A stretch of DNA of 63,636 nucleotides, the filler included, from Octopus bimaculoides (Eukaryota): the NCBI RefSeq assembly GCF_001194135.2. It is 6 parts of 6 records of this genome, joined end to end, with 100 filler letters (N's around TTAATTAATTAA, not from the genome) between each part and the next. Parts side by side here need not be neighbours in the genome. Positions count along the whole stretch, not along the records: positions 24,380 to 29,430 come from NC_069002.1; positions 29,531 to 52,773 come from NC_068985.1; 4 more parts are not named here. One strand, given 5' to 3'. Shown one piece after another: positions 26,191 to 39,843 of the stretch (position 1 is the stretch's first letter; every line of letters starts with the position of its first letter). Under the pieces are notes generated by a model. That model was given only the letters and a program-made list of their open reading frames with translations, had not been told where the DNA came from and ran no database searches. The translations under genes and the position numbers were made by a program.

Positions 26191-26859
26191 TTAAAAAGGA
26201 TTGACGTAACTCTTCACANNNNNNNNNNNNNNNNNNNNNNNNNNNNNNNNNNNNNNNNNNNNNNNNNNNNNNNNNNNNNNNNNNNNNNNNNNNNNNNNNN
26301 NNNNNNNNNNNNNNNNNNNNNNNNNNNNNNNNNNNNNNNNNNNNNNNNNNNNNNNNNNNNNNNNNNNNNNNNNNNNNNNNNNNNNNNNNNNNNNNNNNNN
26401 NNNNNNNNNNNNNNNNNNNNNNNNNNNNNNNNNNNNNNNNNNNNNNNNNNNNNNNNNNNNNNNNNNNNNNNNNNNNNNNNNNNNNNNNNNNNNNNNNNNN
26501 NNNNNNNNNNNNNNNNNNNNNNNNNNNNNNNNNNNNNNNNNNNNNNNNNNNNNNNNNNNNNNNNNNNNNNNNNNNNNNNNNNNNNNNNNNNNNNNNNNNN
26601 NNNNNNNNNNNNNNNNNNNNNNNNNNNNNNNNNNNNNNNNNNNNNNNNNNNNNNNNNNNNNNNNNNNNNNNNNNNNNNNNNNNNNNNNNNNNNNNNNNNN
26701 NNNNNNNNNNNNNNNNNNNNNNNNNNNNNNTAGCTCCAAATGGCTTATTTTTTTTATATCTAGTGCTATGCCTTTCTCCATTTCTATGTTAAGGGTTAAA
26801 ATAAGCAACCCTGCAAAACACAACTGATCTTTGCACACAGACGCACAGAATAACAGCAA

Positions 26860-27485
26860 TCAAATAACGACAGCGGAGTGCACAACAAACATCAGCGATC
26901 TGTCGCTTGTACTCTTGACAAAAGATGCCAGTTAGTTTTTTCGTTAGTTTTTTGCAGAAAGCTATCTCATGTCCAGAATGTTGTGGATGATGTGGCCAAC
27001 TCTTTCGCGGGAAATCCCCAGAGTCTCACCTGTGACTTTAACTGAAATCCAGCGGCCCTCGAGAATCATGACGTGCACAACGACGGCTTTGTCCTCAGTG
27101 GTCGCAGAAGCTGGCTGTCCTGACTGGATTTCATCTGTGACATCGAAATGACCAGTCCGAAACCTTGACACCCAGATTTTCACTGTAGAGTAAGGTGAGC
27201 AGCCATCTTTCAAGACTTCCTCCATTTTGCCGTGGATTTCAGCTGCTCCTTTCCTTTGCAAAAAGAGGAATTTCATGACCGCCTGTGCTTCAATTTTAGC
27301 AAAACCCACTGTAGGAGCTGCCATCATGCATTAAATCTGCAAATAAAGAGAAAGATATATTTTATACCATAAAGATCTTTTTGCATATCTTCTCCTAACT
27401 GGTTATCCGACCTCCCCGGTAAAGGTAACAGCTCTACCATTTCGCGATATCCTTAAAGCCAGGAACTTTTCAGCACCCCCTTGTA
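26860..27485 (-). mobile_element. Mariner transposon 5' fragment (TIR plus N-terminal HTH domains)
   Basis: TA|CAAGGGGGTGCTGAAAAGTTCCTGGCTTT terminus at 27485. ORF 26962-27327 (AVMKFLFLQRKGAAEIH...STVKIWVSRFRTG...ETLGISRERVGHIIHNILDMR) is Mos1-like. Confidence 0.9.
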
Positions 27486-27934
27486 AGTTAATCGAAGTGT
27501 ACAGTATTATATATCCATTACGGTCAATCTTACCGATCGGTTTCGTATTAGGGGTTCAACGGAATCTTAAGTAACAGTCCAATTATATAACCCTGCGCTT
27601 TTCAGACTTAGCAGTTATTTAAATCTTGTATCTAGGGAAATTAGCTATGTTAATAATAATAAACACACGCACTGGTTCAATTTCACTCAATTTAACTCTG
27701 TTAGTCAATTGGTTCGTAACCTAACCAACTAATCGAGTGCTTGTTTAATTTGTTGCTTAAATAATTTATCAGCTGTTTGTCAAAGTCCTTTCGTCAATAT
27801 TCGCGACTTCATTAATGACATTGTTTTAATGATGATGATGATGTTAACGGAAAGTGAGGTTCGACTTAGGGTTTAAAAACGAGACGGGAGTGGAAGAATA
27901 TTATATATAATCCTTCCTATTATTGGCACAATTA

Positions 27935-28255
27935 GCACTTATTTCATCGACCCTGAAAGGATGAAAGGCAAAGTCGACCTCGGTGGAATTTGAACTCAGA
28001 ACATAAAGACGGTCGAAATACCTATTTCTTTACTGCCCACAAGGGGCTACACACAGAGGGGACAAACAAGGACAGACAAACAGATTAAGTCGATTATATC
28101 GACCCCAGTGCGTAACTGGTATTTATTTAATCGACCCGGAAAGGATGAAAGGCTAAGTCGACCTCGGCGGAATTTGAACTCAGAACGCAGTGGCAGTCGA
28201 AATACCGCCAAGCATTTTGTCCGGCATGCTAACGATTCTGCCAGTCAATCGACAA
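27935..28255 (-). mobile_element. Head-to-tail SINE family B pair
   Basis: GAAAGGATGAAAGGC(A/T)AAGTCGACCTCGG(T/C)GGAATTTGAACTCAGAAC occurs twice, with the TACTGCCCACAAGGGGCT tail. Confidence 0.85.
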
Positions 28256-28298
28256 AGCAAGTGNNNNNNNNNNTATTAAAATTTCAAGCAAATTTATT

Positions 28299-28574
28299 TT
28301 AATGTGGGGTAGGACCGCCTTTGGCAGTAATTACAGCTTGAATTCTATGAGTTATGGACCCGTACAAAGTTTGAATTGTTTCCAAAAGAATTTTTGTCCA
28401 TTCTTCAGCTAAAACAGTTTCCAGGTCTTGTAGTGACGATGGTGGAGGATATCGACTCCTTACTTGTTTTTCTAAAATGCACCATAAATGTTCAATAATA
28501 TTGAGATATGGGGGCTGTGGTGGCCAGATAAGATGTTCAACTTCACTAGAATGTTCCTCGTGCCATTCAGTAAC
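28299..28574 (-). pseudogene. Tc1-type transposase C-terminal fragment
   Basis: Uninterrupted 91 codons plus stop: VTEWHEEHSSEVEHLIWPPQPPYLNIIEHLW...EEWTKI...RIQAVITAKGGPTPH*, a decayed WPPQSPDLNPIEHLW motif. Confidence 0.9.
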
Positions 28575-29530
28575 CCTAAACTTATAAGCGAAGTTGTGTG
28601 TTTATTTAACTTCTGTCATGGTCCTTTACATTGTTTTCACGGCCTTAAGGGCAATCAACGTGGAACTATGACGAGGAAATACTATCCAGTTTTGTTATGT
28701 TATGTATAAACGATTACTAGCAAGAAGGTTGTGTTCTTTCGCCTCCTCCGACACAGTTTTATTGCTGCTAGGTTTATCCCACATGTTGTGCCTGGCTACC
28801 ACCATATCATGTTCATATTAACTGTCTTTCCGTTCGTGTACATACCATTATTTTGTCATAACTACTAAGGATCTAACAAAGAACTTTCTTTGTGACCACT
28901 CGGCCAGCCACAAAGAACAGCCAATTCTTCCTCAAATTACATCCTATTCTCTTTAAAAGCTAACAACACATAAGATTACAACACATGGGGTAACAATACA
29001 CGAAACGAAATTTGAACGTATTTTGGGAATTTGAACGTATTTTCTCACCTCCCTCTACTTAATCGGGGATGGACTGGGGTTATACAACAGCTACTAAACG
29101 TTATCAAGGCAATCCAAAATTAATTAAATTCAAAGTGAACTAAGAAAATATCTCTAGTAGACGAACGCATGCAAAAAGAACGTTAAGAAGAAATATTTTC
29201 GGATATATCTATTTAATTTGACTGGTATTTTCTCCATTCTTCTAAACAATATTTGGATTTATTTGTCATATATGAAGAACTACCTTGGATGTTAAATTCT
29301 GATTCTATTTATAATTATCTAAGTATTGGATACTGTTAACCGAATTCGTTTAACACTGACTGCTTTATAGATATCTGATTAGATTTTTTAATCCCTTTTA
29401 TTTCTTATATATATATATATATATATATATNNNNNNNNNNNNNNNNNNNNNNNNNNNNNNNNNNNNNNNNNNNNTTAATTAATTAANNNNNNNNNNNNNN
29501 NNNNNNNNNNNNNNNNNNNNNNNNNNNNNN

Positions 29531-29593
<63 letters not shown>

Positions 29594-32102
29594 ACATACA
29601 TATATATATAAGTATATATGTATGTATATAATTAAATATATAACAATCCAAACTTAAATGTATATACACACACACGCACATACACATACACACATTATGT
29701 TTTTTTTATGTCTGCGTTGTATTTATAAGTTTACATGTAATTCTTATTTTCTTCCATTTATTCTCATATTATCAGTTGTGCTATTGTCGATATTGTTGTC
29801 AACTATTGATTCTGGAAGAATATTAGATTAAACCTGACAAGAAATTATGTTGACGAGAAAATAAATTCTACATGGCAAACACAAAAGTAACGTTACTGAT
29901 CAGCTTTTATTAACTGTGTTAAACGTTAAATTATTTTTCTGCAGAAATTACGTGTTTTTTTTTTCCTTTTTCTTCAATTGTAACGAAAATAATACAAACA
30001 TATTGGAATATCAAAAGTTATGTTTGCGAAATAACTGATGTACATCCTACCACATCCCTAGTGTTTTAACGAGGTCATAATTCAATTACACATTGTTAAT
30101 TTTATTGAATTTCAAACAAGCTAATCCCGACCATCTGTCAACCAACTACTAATCAATCGAAAAGAAATATCAAGAACAATTATTGTTTTCTTATTGTTTT
30201 TCCATTATCTTATCATGAGGGACTGAACATGAAATTAATTTCTGTCTTCTTTGGAAAACTTCTATAGAAACGTCATTTTGTTAAAGTTTCTCTTCATATT
30301 TTGGTACACAGAATGCGTTTCCTGAGTTAGTTCGCATTCGTTAAAACATTAAATGCATAGATATATGTTTGCTTGAAATTTCTCTGCTTTGAAAAGTAAA
30401 GGTCTGTAAAACATATATCGAAAATAGGAATTATGGAATATCAATTGAGCAAAGGTTATGAATAAGTATATATAACTGTATTGATAACTATACGTATTAA
30501 AACTTGGTACGTAATTAGTTTCCATTAATATGCTTTCATACTCTTCTGAAATTTTACATCAGGAGATGAGGCCAATATACCTATCAGCACATTTGTATAT
30601 CAGCTTATATTATCTTTAACAAAATAGTCATTAACATTTTGGCTTTGACAGAGGTTGGTTATTAGAAATATCATCAGCAACACTGAATAATATATTTTAC
30701 TCCAGTGTGTCTCGTGAATACGTGCTAACTCCATTTCCCAGCCTTCTTTTATAAAGGTGGCCTCTTCAAAAGGATATGAATAAACTTTGTGTATTTATGA
30801 GCCTTTACAGTCTTATTTCAAATCCCAAAAATCTCTAGCACAAACGCCAGTTGTTATAAATGCTTTCTTATTTTATTCTCGTGTTCTCTCGTTCGATCGA
30901 GAGTAACTGTGGCCATATATATATATATATGTATGTATGTATGTATGTANNNNNNNNNNNNNNNNNNNNNNNNNNNNNNNNNNNNNNNNNNNNNNNNNNN
31001 NNNNNNNNNNNNNNNNNNNNNNNNNNNNNNNNNNNNNNNNNNNNNNNNNNNNNNNNNNNNNNNNNNNNNNNNNNNNNNNNNNNNNNNNNNNNNNNNNNNN
31101 NNNNNNNNNNNNNNNNNNNNNNNNNNNNNNNNNNNNNNNNNNNNNNNNNNNNNNNNNNNNNNNNNNNNNNNNNNNNNNNNNNNNNNNNNNNNNNNNNNNN
31201 NNNNNNNNNNNNNNNNNNNNNNNNNNNNNNNNNNNNNNNNNNNNNNNNNNNNNNNNNNNNNNNNNNNNNNNNNNNNNNNNNNNNNNNNNNNNNNNNNNNN
31301 NNNNNNNNNNNNNNNNNNNNNNNNNNNNNNNNNNNNNNNNNNNNNNNNNNNNNNNNNNNNNNNNNNNNNNNNNNNNNNNNNNNNNNNNNNNNNNNNNNNN
31401 NNNNNNNNNNNNNNNNNNNNNNNNNNNNNNNNNNNNNNNNNNNNNNNNNNNNNNNNNNNNNNNNNNNNNNNNNNNNNNNNNNNNNNNNNNNNNNNNNNNN
31501 NNNNNNNNNNNNNNNNNNNNNNNNNNNNNNNNNNNNNNNNNNNNNNNNNNNNNNNNNNNNNNNNNNNNNNNNNNNNNNNNNNNNNNNNNNNNNNNNNNNN
31601 NNNNNNNNNNNNNNNNNNNNNNNNNNNNNNNNNNNNNNNNNNNNNNNNNNNNNNNNNNNNNNNNNNNNNNNNNNNNNNNNNNNNNNNNNNNNNNNNNNNN
31701 NNNNNNNNNNNNNNNNNNNNNNNNNNNNNNNNNNNNNNNNNNNNNNNNNNNNNNNNNNNNNNNNNNNNNNNNNNNNNNNNNNNNNNNNNNATATATATTC
31801 TATCACTTCCAGCTGTTTTAATGAATCTAATACTGTATTAATCAAATAGGTTGTCTTCTTTAAAAGTTAGGATGAAAGTACGGGAATATTTGGCTGTTAT
31901 TCCAACAAATGAGATATTTCCCTCGTTGATCCAAATGCACATGTTATTCTCTTTTACTTTTAAGCCTGGTATTTATTATTTTGTTGTTTCCTTATGCCGA
32001 ACTGATAGTTTTTAAGGTACATAAAGAAACCAGCACCAGTTGTCAAGCAGTGTTGGGGTCAAACACAAAGACACACACACACATATTTGACGCGGCATGA
32101 AG

Positions 32103-32370
32103 AAGACCGATAGTGTCATCAAACGCATGCACTGGAAGGCTATCTTCCACGAGAATACATCCACCACCACATCTACGGATAAGTTTGGCTTCAAATCCCG
32201 AAAGTACTTCCTACGTATGAGAGACCTTGAGAACTTCAAGACTGATCTATGAAACATTATAAAGAAGGTAAAGTTTTGCATTATTCTAACCCCTTTCTGA
32301 AATCCTTTAATGACCATATGACCAATATTAAGCAATCCCCGAACTACACGCCTTCGCAGACATAACAAAG
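32103..32370 (+). mobile_element. Penelope-like element fragment (region N-terminal to RT)
   Basis: KTDSVIKRMHWKAIF...KFGFKSRK...DLENFKTDL*NIIKKVKF...AFAD resembles the PLE motifs IKRMRWKAFF, YGFKS and ADKT. Confidence 0.7.
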
Positions 32371-32823
32371 ACCCATAATCCCACACACAATGACATAAAT
32401 ACAAAAGCAAAGGAGCTAGCTACCCTTCTTAATAGAGAGAATCACGTGGACTGCCTCGCCACGCGAACCTCCTACTACACTTAACCTATTAAGTCCCAGA
32501 ATACTTAAATTTCTAAATATTACATTAAAATTTTTAAAGATGATTGAAAATAGGCTAAAATGTAAAAAATAATTATTAAAACTCGCGGGACACTATCTCG
32601 CAGTAAATTTGGCGTATAAACAAGACACAAACGCTATATATTTTCGAACAATAATATTTAAATTACGCTGCAGGCAACGTCGACAAATATATGAATTCTA
32701 CAACCTCAGTCTCAAAACTCTTTTAGTATAACAAAATGCCAGTATCTAATCAAAATTTTAGGCCTTTTAATTTGAGAACTTTTATAGTCGGATGTATCCG
32801 ATTGTTTAAACATTTTGTCAAAT

Positions 32824-32914
32824 ATATCCGAATGATTAATCCGATTGGTTCATTCGAATGGTTAATCCGATTGATCAATCTGATTGGTCAATACGATTGG
32901 TTAATCCGATCGCT
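32824..32914. repeat. Degenerate 13-bp minisatellite, 7 units, consensus TAATCCGATTGGT
   Basis: Units begin at 32824, 32837, 32850, 32863, 32876, 32889 and 32902. Contains 3 TAATCC and 3 ATTGG. Confidence 0.85.
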
Positions 32915-33776
32915 TAAGTGTCAATAACTGAGGAGAGAACCTTCAGCACATGAACTTTCGAAGCTTGTATCTCGAAGATCACTGTGATAATCACTGAAAA
33001 TTATTCCCAGATTCTAGTAGAATAGTGCAGAAAGCGCATGCCAAGAATTTAGGCTTTGACATATCGTTCTGAGAAAACATGCAAATACATTGAGATATTT
33101 TTGATTATTATTGATTTTTAATGACATTTGTCATTTGGCTACTTTAGAATTTCTCCAAGTCCCGATGAGCTGTGATTTCTCTGCACCCTTACGGAAATTT
33201 TGCAGCAGCGGCTTATCTTCACTGATACAAAAATAACTGTCAAATTTCTGAAACTGAACGGTCCTTATTGAGGCTGCGATGCGTTAAATAAGTAATGATT
33301 TCCGAGGTATTTGTCCAACATAGAAAAGCTTATTCCAGAATTATACGACTTTTAGTATTCTAAAAGCTGACTCGTCTTTTTGGGGAATTTTCCAAATATT
33401 ACTTGAAATCGTCTGTCTGCATGGCACTCATACTATCGGGGTCTCTGATTCAACCAGTCACAACAGCATTCATTTTGTTTTGTGTGCGTAATACAGTCAG
33501 CATGATTGTTCCAGTAGGTGTTGACTAAGGTATGTGTAGACACTTGGGGTAATACAGGGTTCAGGTAATAAGACAGAGGCGTTTTAAAAATAATGGTCAA
33601 AGTGTTGACATGAAAATGAACACTTTGTGAATCTCCCATTGACGTTGTTTTGTTGCTAACTTAGCAGTGTTTCCGTGTATCACCTCGAAATTCAGCATAA
33701 CGCACATTCTGTTGTGTCGAACTCTGTTAAAGGTTACTTTGATGGTCAAAGCTATCGGACATTCTTTCTTGTTCAG

Positions 33777-33912
33777 CTCAAGTTTATACAGGGCAGCAAG
33801 AAGTTAGTCGGAAGATTTGCTGCCCTGTGTTATGGACTGAAACCGAATTGCGTATTGCACACGAATTTTTTTTGATGCAATTTAGGTGCAATTTACTTCT
33901 TCACTGCAACAG
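33777..33912 (+). other. Candidate exon of unknown gene (speculative)
   Basis: TTCTTTCTTGTTCAG acceptor and CAG|GTAAAT donor with one open frame; no recognisable homology. Confidence 0.25.
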
Positions 33913-35006
33913 GTAAATTTAGATTTCATTTCAGATTGTGACCCATAGAAGAGTTAAATTTATCTCTAGTAACATATTACTGTACTGTTATCATTATACT
34001 GATATATAACTTCCAAGAGTAACTTATAGTCCTTTGACAATGAAGGATTTTCATTAATTGTAATTATTTCACCTAAACCTGGAGAAATGACCGCATGCAA
34101 CGTATCTAAATATATATACAAACGATATATTTTGCATGATATTCCATCATTTTTGTCTATACTTTGAATGATAAATTAGGTAATGTTTTCTTGCGTGCAA
34201 AACTAGTTTCTTATCAGAAAAGTAAAATATCTAAAGAACAGACATTTGTGTATGTAAATACTTGTACATATGCTTGGTAATTCTTGCTTAGATAAGTACA
34301 CTGAACAAGATTTTGCTTATAAGCTCATAATGTAATCAAAATATTACTAAAGCTGTTGTCCGTATTTGACTTATACATAGCAGCAAGAAGATAGTTGGAA
34401 GATTTGCCGCAGTGTTATAAACTGAAACTGAACTACGTATTGCACACGAAGATTATTAGTATTTACCAATAATATTCGTGTGTAATACACAGTCATTTGA
34501 GTGAGTTAAATTTTCCTAGACTACAAAAATTATTTCAAATGAAAACTTATTTTTATTTGTCATAAACTATGCTAATAGGTTAGAGTAGTTCTAATATAAT
34601 AAAAACGATATTTAAAAGTTTTCTTTATATAAAATGTTGTTTCTGAAAACTCATAAAGGTAGATGTAGATCAAAGTATATCTCACAGCTATATTAGATAT
34701 GATCATGTCAGAGTTCATGCATAATTCACTGCTAAATTTTACGCTTTCAATAACCTCATGAAATATAGAATTGAAACATGGTTCAGTAATTCTGTCACGT
34801 GTGCCTAAACAACAATCACTTTTTGCTATGACTAACAACGGCAGTCCATTTGTATTTAGTTAAGATGTTAATGTGTACAAGAGCAACCGATATCTATCAA
34901 GTTGGCGTACAATATATGCAAAGACATTTTTCATTCGTGTTTCAAAAACTGGTATGGTTAAAAGATCAACAACCTCGCCTTCCAGTGCTTTGTACACGCA
35001 CCCCCA

Positions 35007-35043
<37 letters not shown>

Positions 35044-36081
35044 GAAATCGATGTTCAGCTTTATATAGTTTTATTTTCACTTCTAAATTGTAATGACTTA
35101 CTGTTATATGATTTATTCAAAGACGAAAAAAGATGCCCAACATTTATATAAGACAGGGTAACTTTGTACAATTCGTGTGTATATTATAACTTCCGTCAAT
35201 CTAAATATCGTAAATTAGAAATGAGTAACTACTGGTATAAGAATCTATAGAAAAATTTACAAAGCACTGCTATTCTTTGAATTTCGGAAACATTGTAATT
35301 TAACCCTCTATTTATTTAACTATGAATAAGTACCACCATAGATCATCATGAAGACTACTAATTGTGATTATCTGTCGTCTGACGAAATACCTTTTACTTA
35401 TCAATGAGAAAACTGAAGCGCCGTCTAAATGTCCTGTAATCACGTGTTCATGAGCGATAGTAACTTAGGTTCTAAACATTAAACTATCTAACATTTCTGG
35501 CATTATATAAACATAATTTTGAAGAATCTATAAAAAAAATTGGCTGGTCTAGCGAAGAGAGGTTCAAATTGTGCTAAAGACAGGTCCTCTCCAATCAATA
35601 AGATTGATGTTTTTGATGCTCGGCATGAACATGTTTTGTAAATTAAACCATTTCCTTGGTTTACTTGCTACAGTAAGAGTGACACAATAAGCAGAGGTAT
35701 AAAAGGCTTATGAAAAAAAAAAAAAACGCAAAAATCACAAAATTCGTTGCACCGAACTATCACCATTAATATATAAAGTATATAAATCTTCTAAAATTAA
35801 ATAAGTCCTCATCAATACGAAACAGAAATCTACACAACCCATTTACAGATAATGTAAGACATTATAACAACCTGTTTCCGAAATGTAATCTGAAATATCT
35901 ATAACTCTGTATATCATTAAATATACAAGCACACGTTTTGAAAACTGCATTAATGAAATTTAAAGTTTGCTTCTATCTTAATGTTACCTGAACAACAAAA
36001 TAAATGCATATATCACAAGTAGAATCTACAATAAATGAAAAGGAGTAAACTATATATGGACAATTGTAGAAATAGCATAAG

Positions 36082-36270
36082 GTGAGCTGGCTGAATTGTT
36101 AGTAGACCAAACAAAACACTTGGCGGCATTTTGTGCGTCTTTACGTTCTGAGTTCAAGTTCTGCCGAGGTCGATTTTTTGGGGTCGATAAAATAAGTACC
36201 AGTCATATACTGGGGTCAATGTTATCGACTAGACTCTTCCCTAAGAATTTTCAGGCCGTGTGCCTATAGT
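36082..36270 (+). mobile_element. SINE family B
   Basis: GGTGAGCTGGCTGAATTGTTAG...GTTCTGAGTTCAAGTTCTGCCGAGGTCGA...GTGCCTATAG. Confidence 0.8.
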
Positions 36271-37045
36271 AGGAACAATTATATTCGTCTAGTTTATGTT
36301 AGAGTAATACTTGTTTGTCGCAAAGTTTTCAAAAAGTTGGAAGGATTGCTTTGCATCAAAGACCATATTCACGAAGAAACTATTTGTGATCGGATATATT
36401 TACTTGAAAATAGAAGGAGATGCTATACAATACCACAGAGATTTCTAGTTACAATGTAGAAGCACAACATGCAATAATCTTGAGTGCACTTACAGATCAC
36501 AAATGAAGTGGGACTTCATAGATACCTTCCAGATAAATGAAGTTAGCTTTCGGTGGATAACACACTACCTCTCTTTTAGAAATATTCTCCTTAAAACAAC
36601 TGCAGCAAACTATAGTCTCCCGATTTCTTTTGGACGTTGAAATGGTTATTAAGGATGAACCACTTTTTCAACTTTTCAAAAACTTCAGACGCCTCTCAGA
36701 AACAGCATCTGTGAAGCGCATCAAGTCTTTGCAAGGTCCGAAAAAAATGAACGTTGTAAATAAGCATTTTAGATTCTAAAATAAGATTTTTATCAATTTA
36801 ATTGATTTCAAATGCTCAAAGGGGATTTCAAGTACTCTTCATGATAAAATTAGTTTAGAATTTTCTACCTTGTGTTATTTTCCTAATATATATATTATTG
36901 ATATTATCAGTTAATTGAACGCCATACATCCATTTCCAAGTACGTTTACTTAACTCGTTTGGTGCGACTCTACTTTTACTGTTTTCTCCCTCTATTCTTC
37001 TCTATTTCCCTTTTTCTTCCCCTCACCGTTTTATATTTGTCTTTC

Positions 37046-37106
<61 letters not shown>

Positions 37107-39843
37107 NNNNNNNNNNNNNNNNNNNNNNNNNNNNNNNNNNNNNNNNNNNNNNNNNNNNNNNNNNNNNNNNNNNNNNNNNNNNNNNNNNNNNNNNNNNNNN
37201 NNNNNNNNNNNNNNNNNNNNNNNNNNNNNNNNNNNNNNNNNNNNNNNNNNNNNNNNNNNNNNNNNNNNNNNNNNNNNNNNNNNNNNNNNNNNNNNNNNNN
37301 NNNNNNNNNNNNNNNNNNNNNNNNNNNNNNNNNNNNNNNNNNNNNNNNNNNNNNNNNNNNNNNNNNNNNNNNNNNNNNNNNNNNNNNNNNNNNNNNNNNN
37401 NNNNNNNNNNNNNNNNNNNNNNNNNNNNNNNNNNNNNNNNNNNNNNNNNNNNNNNNNNNNNNNNNNNNNNNNNNNNNNNNNNNNNNNNNNNNNNNNNNNN
37501 NNNNNNNNNNNNNNNNNNNNNNNNNNNNNNNNNNNNNNNNNNNNNNNNNNNNNNNNNNNNNNNNNNNNNNNNNNNNNNNNNNNNNNNNNNNNNNNNNNNN
37601 NNNNNNNNNNNNNNNNNNNNNNNNNNNNNNNNNNNNNNNNNNNNNNNNNNNNNNNNNNNNNNATATATATATATATATATATATATATAAAGAAATTATG
37701 AACTTCGAGACAACATGAAATAATTCAGTTTTGGAATGGTGGATCTCGGACCTCGAGCCTATAAATACTACAGTGTACGTATGAAGTGAAGAAAACCATT
37801 TTTTTCTCTCAAAAAGTCTTCTTATTAGATAAAAGTTGTCAGAATGAGAAATTTAGAATACGATAAAATAGAAGGACACTTTCAAGAAATGCGCACCTGT
37901 ACGTAATGTAAATACATATGTATGTGTGATGATGCAAGAAAGAGAGAAAATATTACTCCAGTCACCTTGTTTCCTGATGATGAATCTGTATCCTCAAACA
38001 TTTCATAATGTATACCCAATCCTGATTGTCATATTCTCAGGATTTTGTTATTGGTTTTTACATAAAGTTTCATGGAAATCCAAGTCGTAGGAAAAGGTAA
38101 ACTAACAAATTCAACGTACTACATCTGTTTCAGGCTTTTGATTTTACAGCAGAGATCCTCGCCTTACTGAAACACACACACGCACATACATGCCCACATA
38201 CCACACATACATATATAAGTACATGCATATTTATTGAGATACATACAGATTTGTGTGTGGGTGTTTGCGTGAGTGTGTGTATGTGTGTTGTGGTGTGCAT
38301 AAGCATTATTAATTTTCGTAATTGTAGAAACTTGTTTAATTGGACAATACGAAGAGGAAGTATTTCAAATGTGTCGGGAGGTTATTCACTCCAATTTCTG
38401 AAAAATCAGTTGAACAGATAAAATCTAGACTTTAGTTTAGTGAGTCTTACGCTCTTTTCCTATGGCAATCTGCATCTCACTTCCCTTCCTCTTCCTTTCG
38501 ATTCTACGTTTCGTGTTCATTCTTCCTTAGCTTCACTTCTATTCCTCGCCTTTTCTCTAGATTGTTGTAGTTGAGAGAAAACTTAATAAGGAATGTATAA
38601 ACAGTAGCTGTGGAGGCATTGATATTTGTTTGGAAATAAATTTAAAATGGCGGCTAAGATAAATATAGAATTGTGGTGCATTAGGAAAGAAAAGCAAGAC
38701 AATGTGTGGAATGTAATATTACTCGAGAATAAAAACGAGAATGAGGTGCGGAAAAATCGAGATATCGATAAATAATGCAAATAAAACGAAGGGGCAAATT
38801 CAATTAAGCAAGAAATGCGTAATTTAATTTAATGTCTAATGTTCTGCGAGTTTACGTGACTGATCATTATTACTACGATCTTGTGAAACCGAAGAGAATT
38901 ATAAGTGCAGGACATTTGAATAGACGGATATTTTAGAGCTGAACGTCGTACACATGTGCATTATAACAGATTGTATGAAGAGAAAAATTAGCCTTTATTT
39001 CTATATTTTTCAAATTTAAAATTCATTTTCTTTATTTCATTATTCAATTACATTTTTATGAATTGTATATTCAAAATGACAAAGCAATGAGACCAGTTTA
39101 TTCAACATTGATTTCTGCTATTTTCATGTTTATGCGGTGAATCGATGTCGATGCAATAACTGCCAAACTCGCAGTTTCAAGTTAGTTCAGCATACCTCGT
39201 TTTCTGTTTTCATTTCTTTAGTTCTTAAATTTACTTGTGCATGTAGTATATAATAAATACTTCGAGTGATTTAACTACCTATTTAAAAATAACAAATTAC
39301 ACAATAATAATAGTTTTTATTTTTTCAATTATTATCGAATAGCTTTCTTTCTGATTCGCGCTACGGTTACTTGTAGCTGTTAAACCTCAAGTCGGCCTTG
39401 ATCGATAGTTTCAGATTTAGTGGAATTTTGCTTCTATAACTTCGACGTTGTACAATCGGTCTAGGTTTTCTATCTGACTCACAAACCAATAACTTTAGAA
39501 TAACTAATATCTGGAGCCATATGTTTTAGATTAAGATGTTTAAATTAGTTCTATATTTAGGCCTAATTAATGAAATATACAGAACGCCATAAGAAAAACA
39601 ATTTTGTGTTTTGGTGAAAACCATTCCTTATATGAAGATAGAATAGCTTTTCAGTATGACAATCATACGTTATTTTAGATGAGAGTGTGTGAAGACAAGA
39701 ACATCCCATCAAGACTGCCTGATAACGTTGACATATAAAAATACCACATGCACAGAACACACGAGAATATTCTCCTTGTCTTAGATAAAAATCATCTAAT
39801 GCCACTGATGTTTTGTTGCTGTCTTAACATTATCTGTTGTTAA

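Noticed and set aside
39087-39136. Signal-peptide-like mini ORF MRPVYSTLISAIFMFM(R) with a CG|GTGAAT donor
   Set aside because: The donor is weak, such short hydrophobic ORFs are common in AT-rich DNA, and there is no other support.
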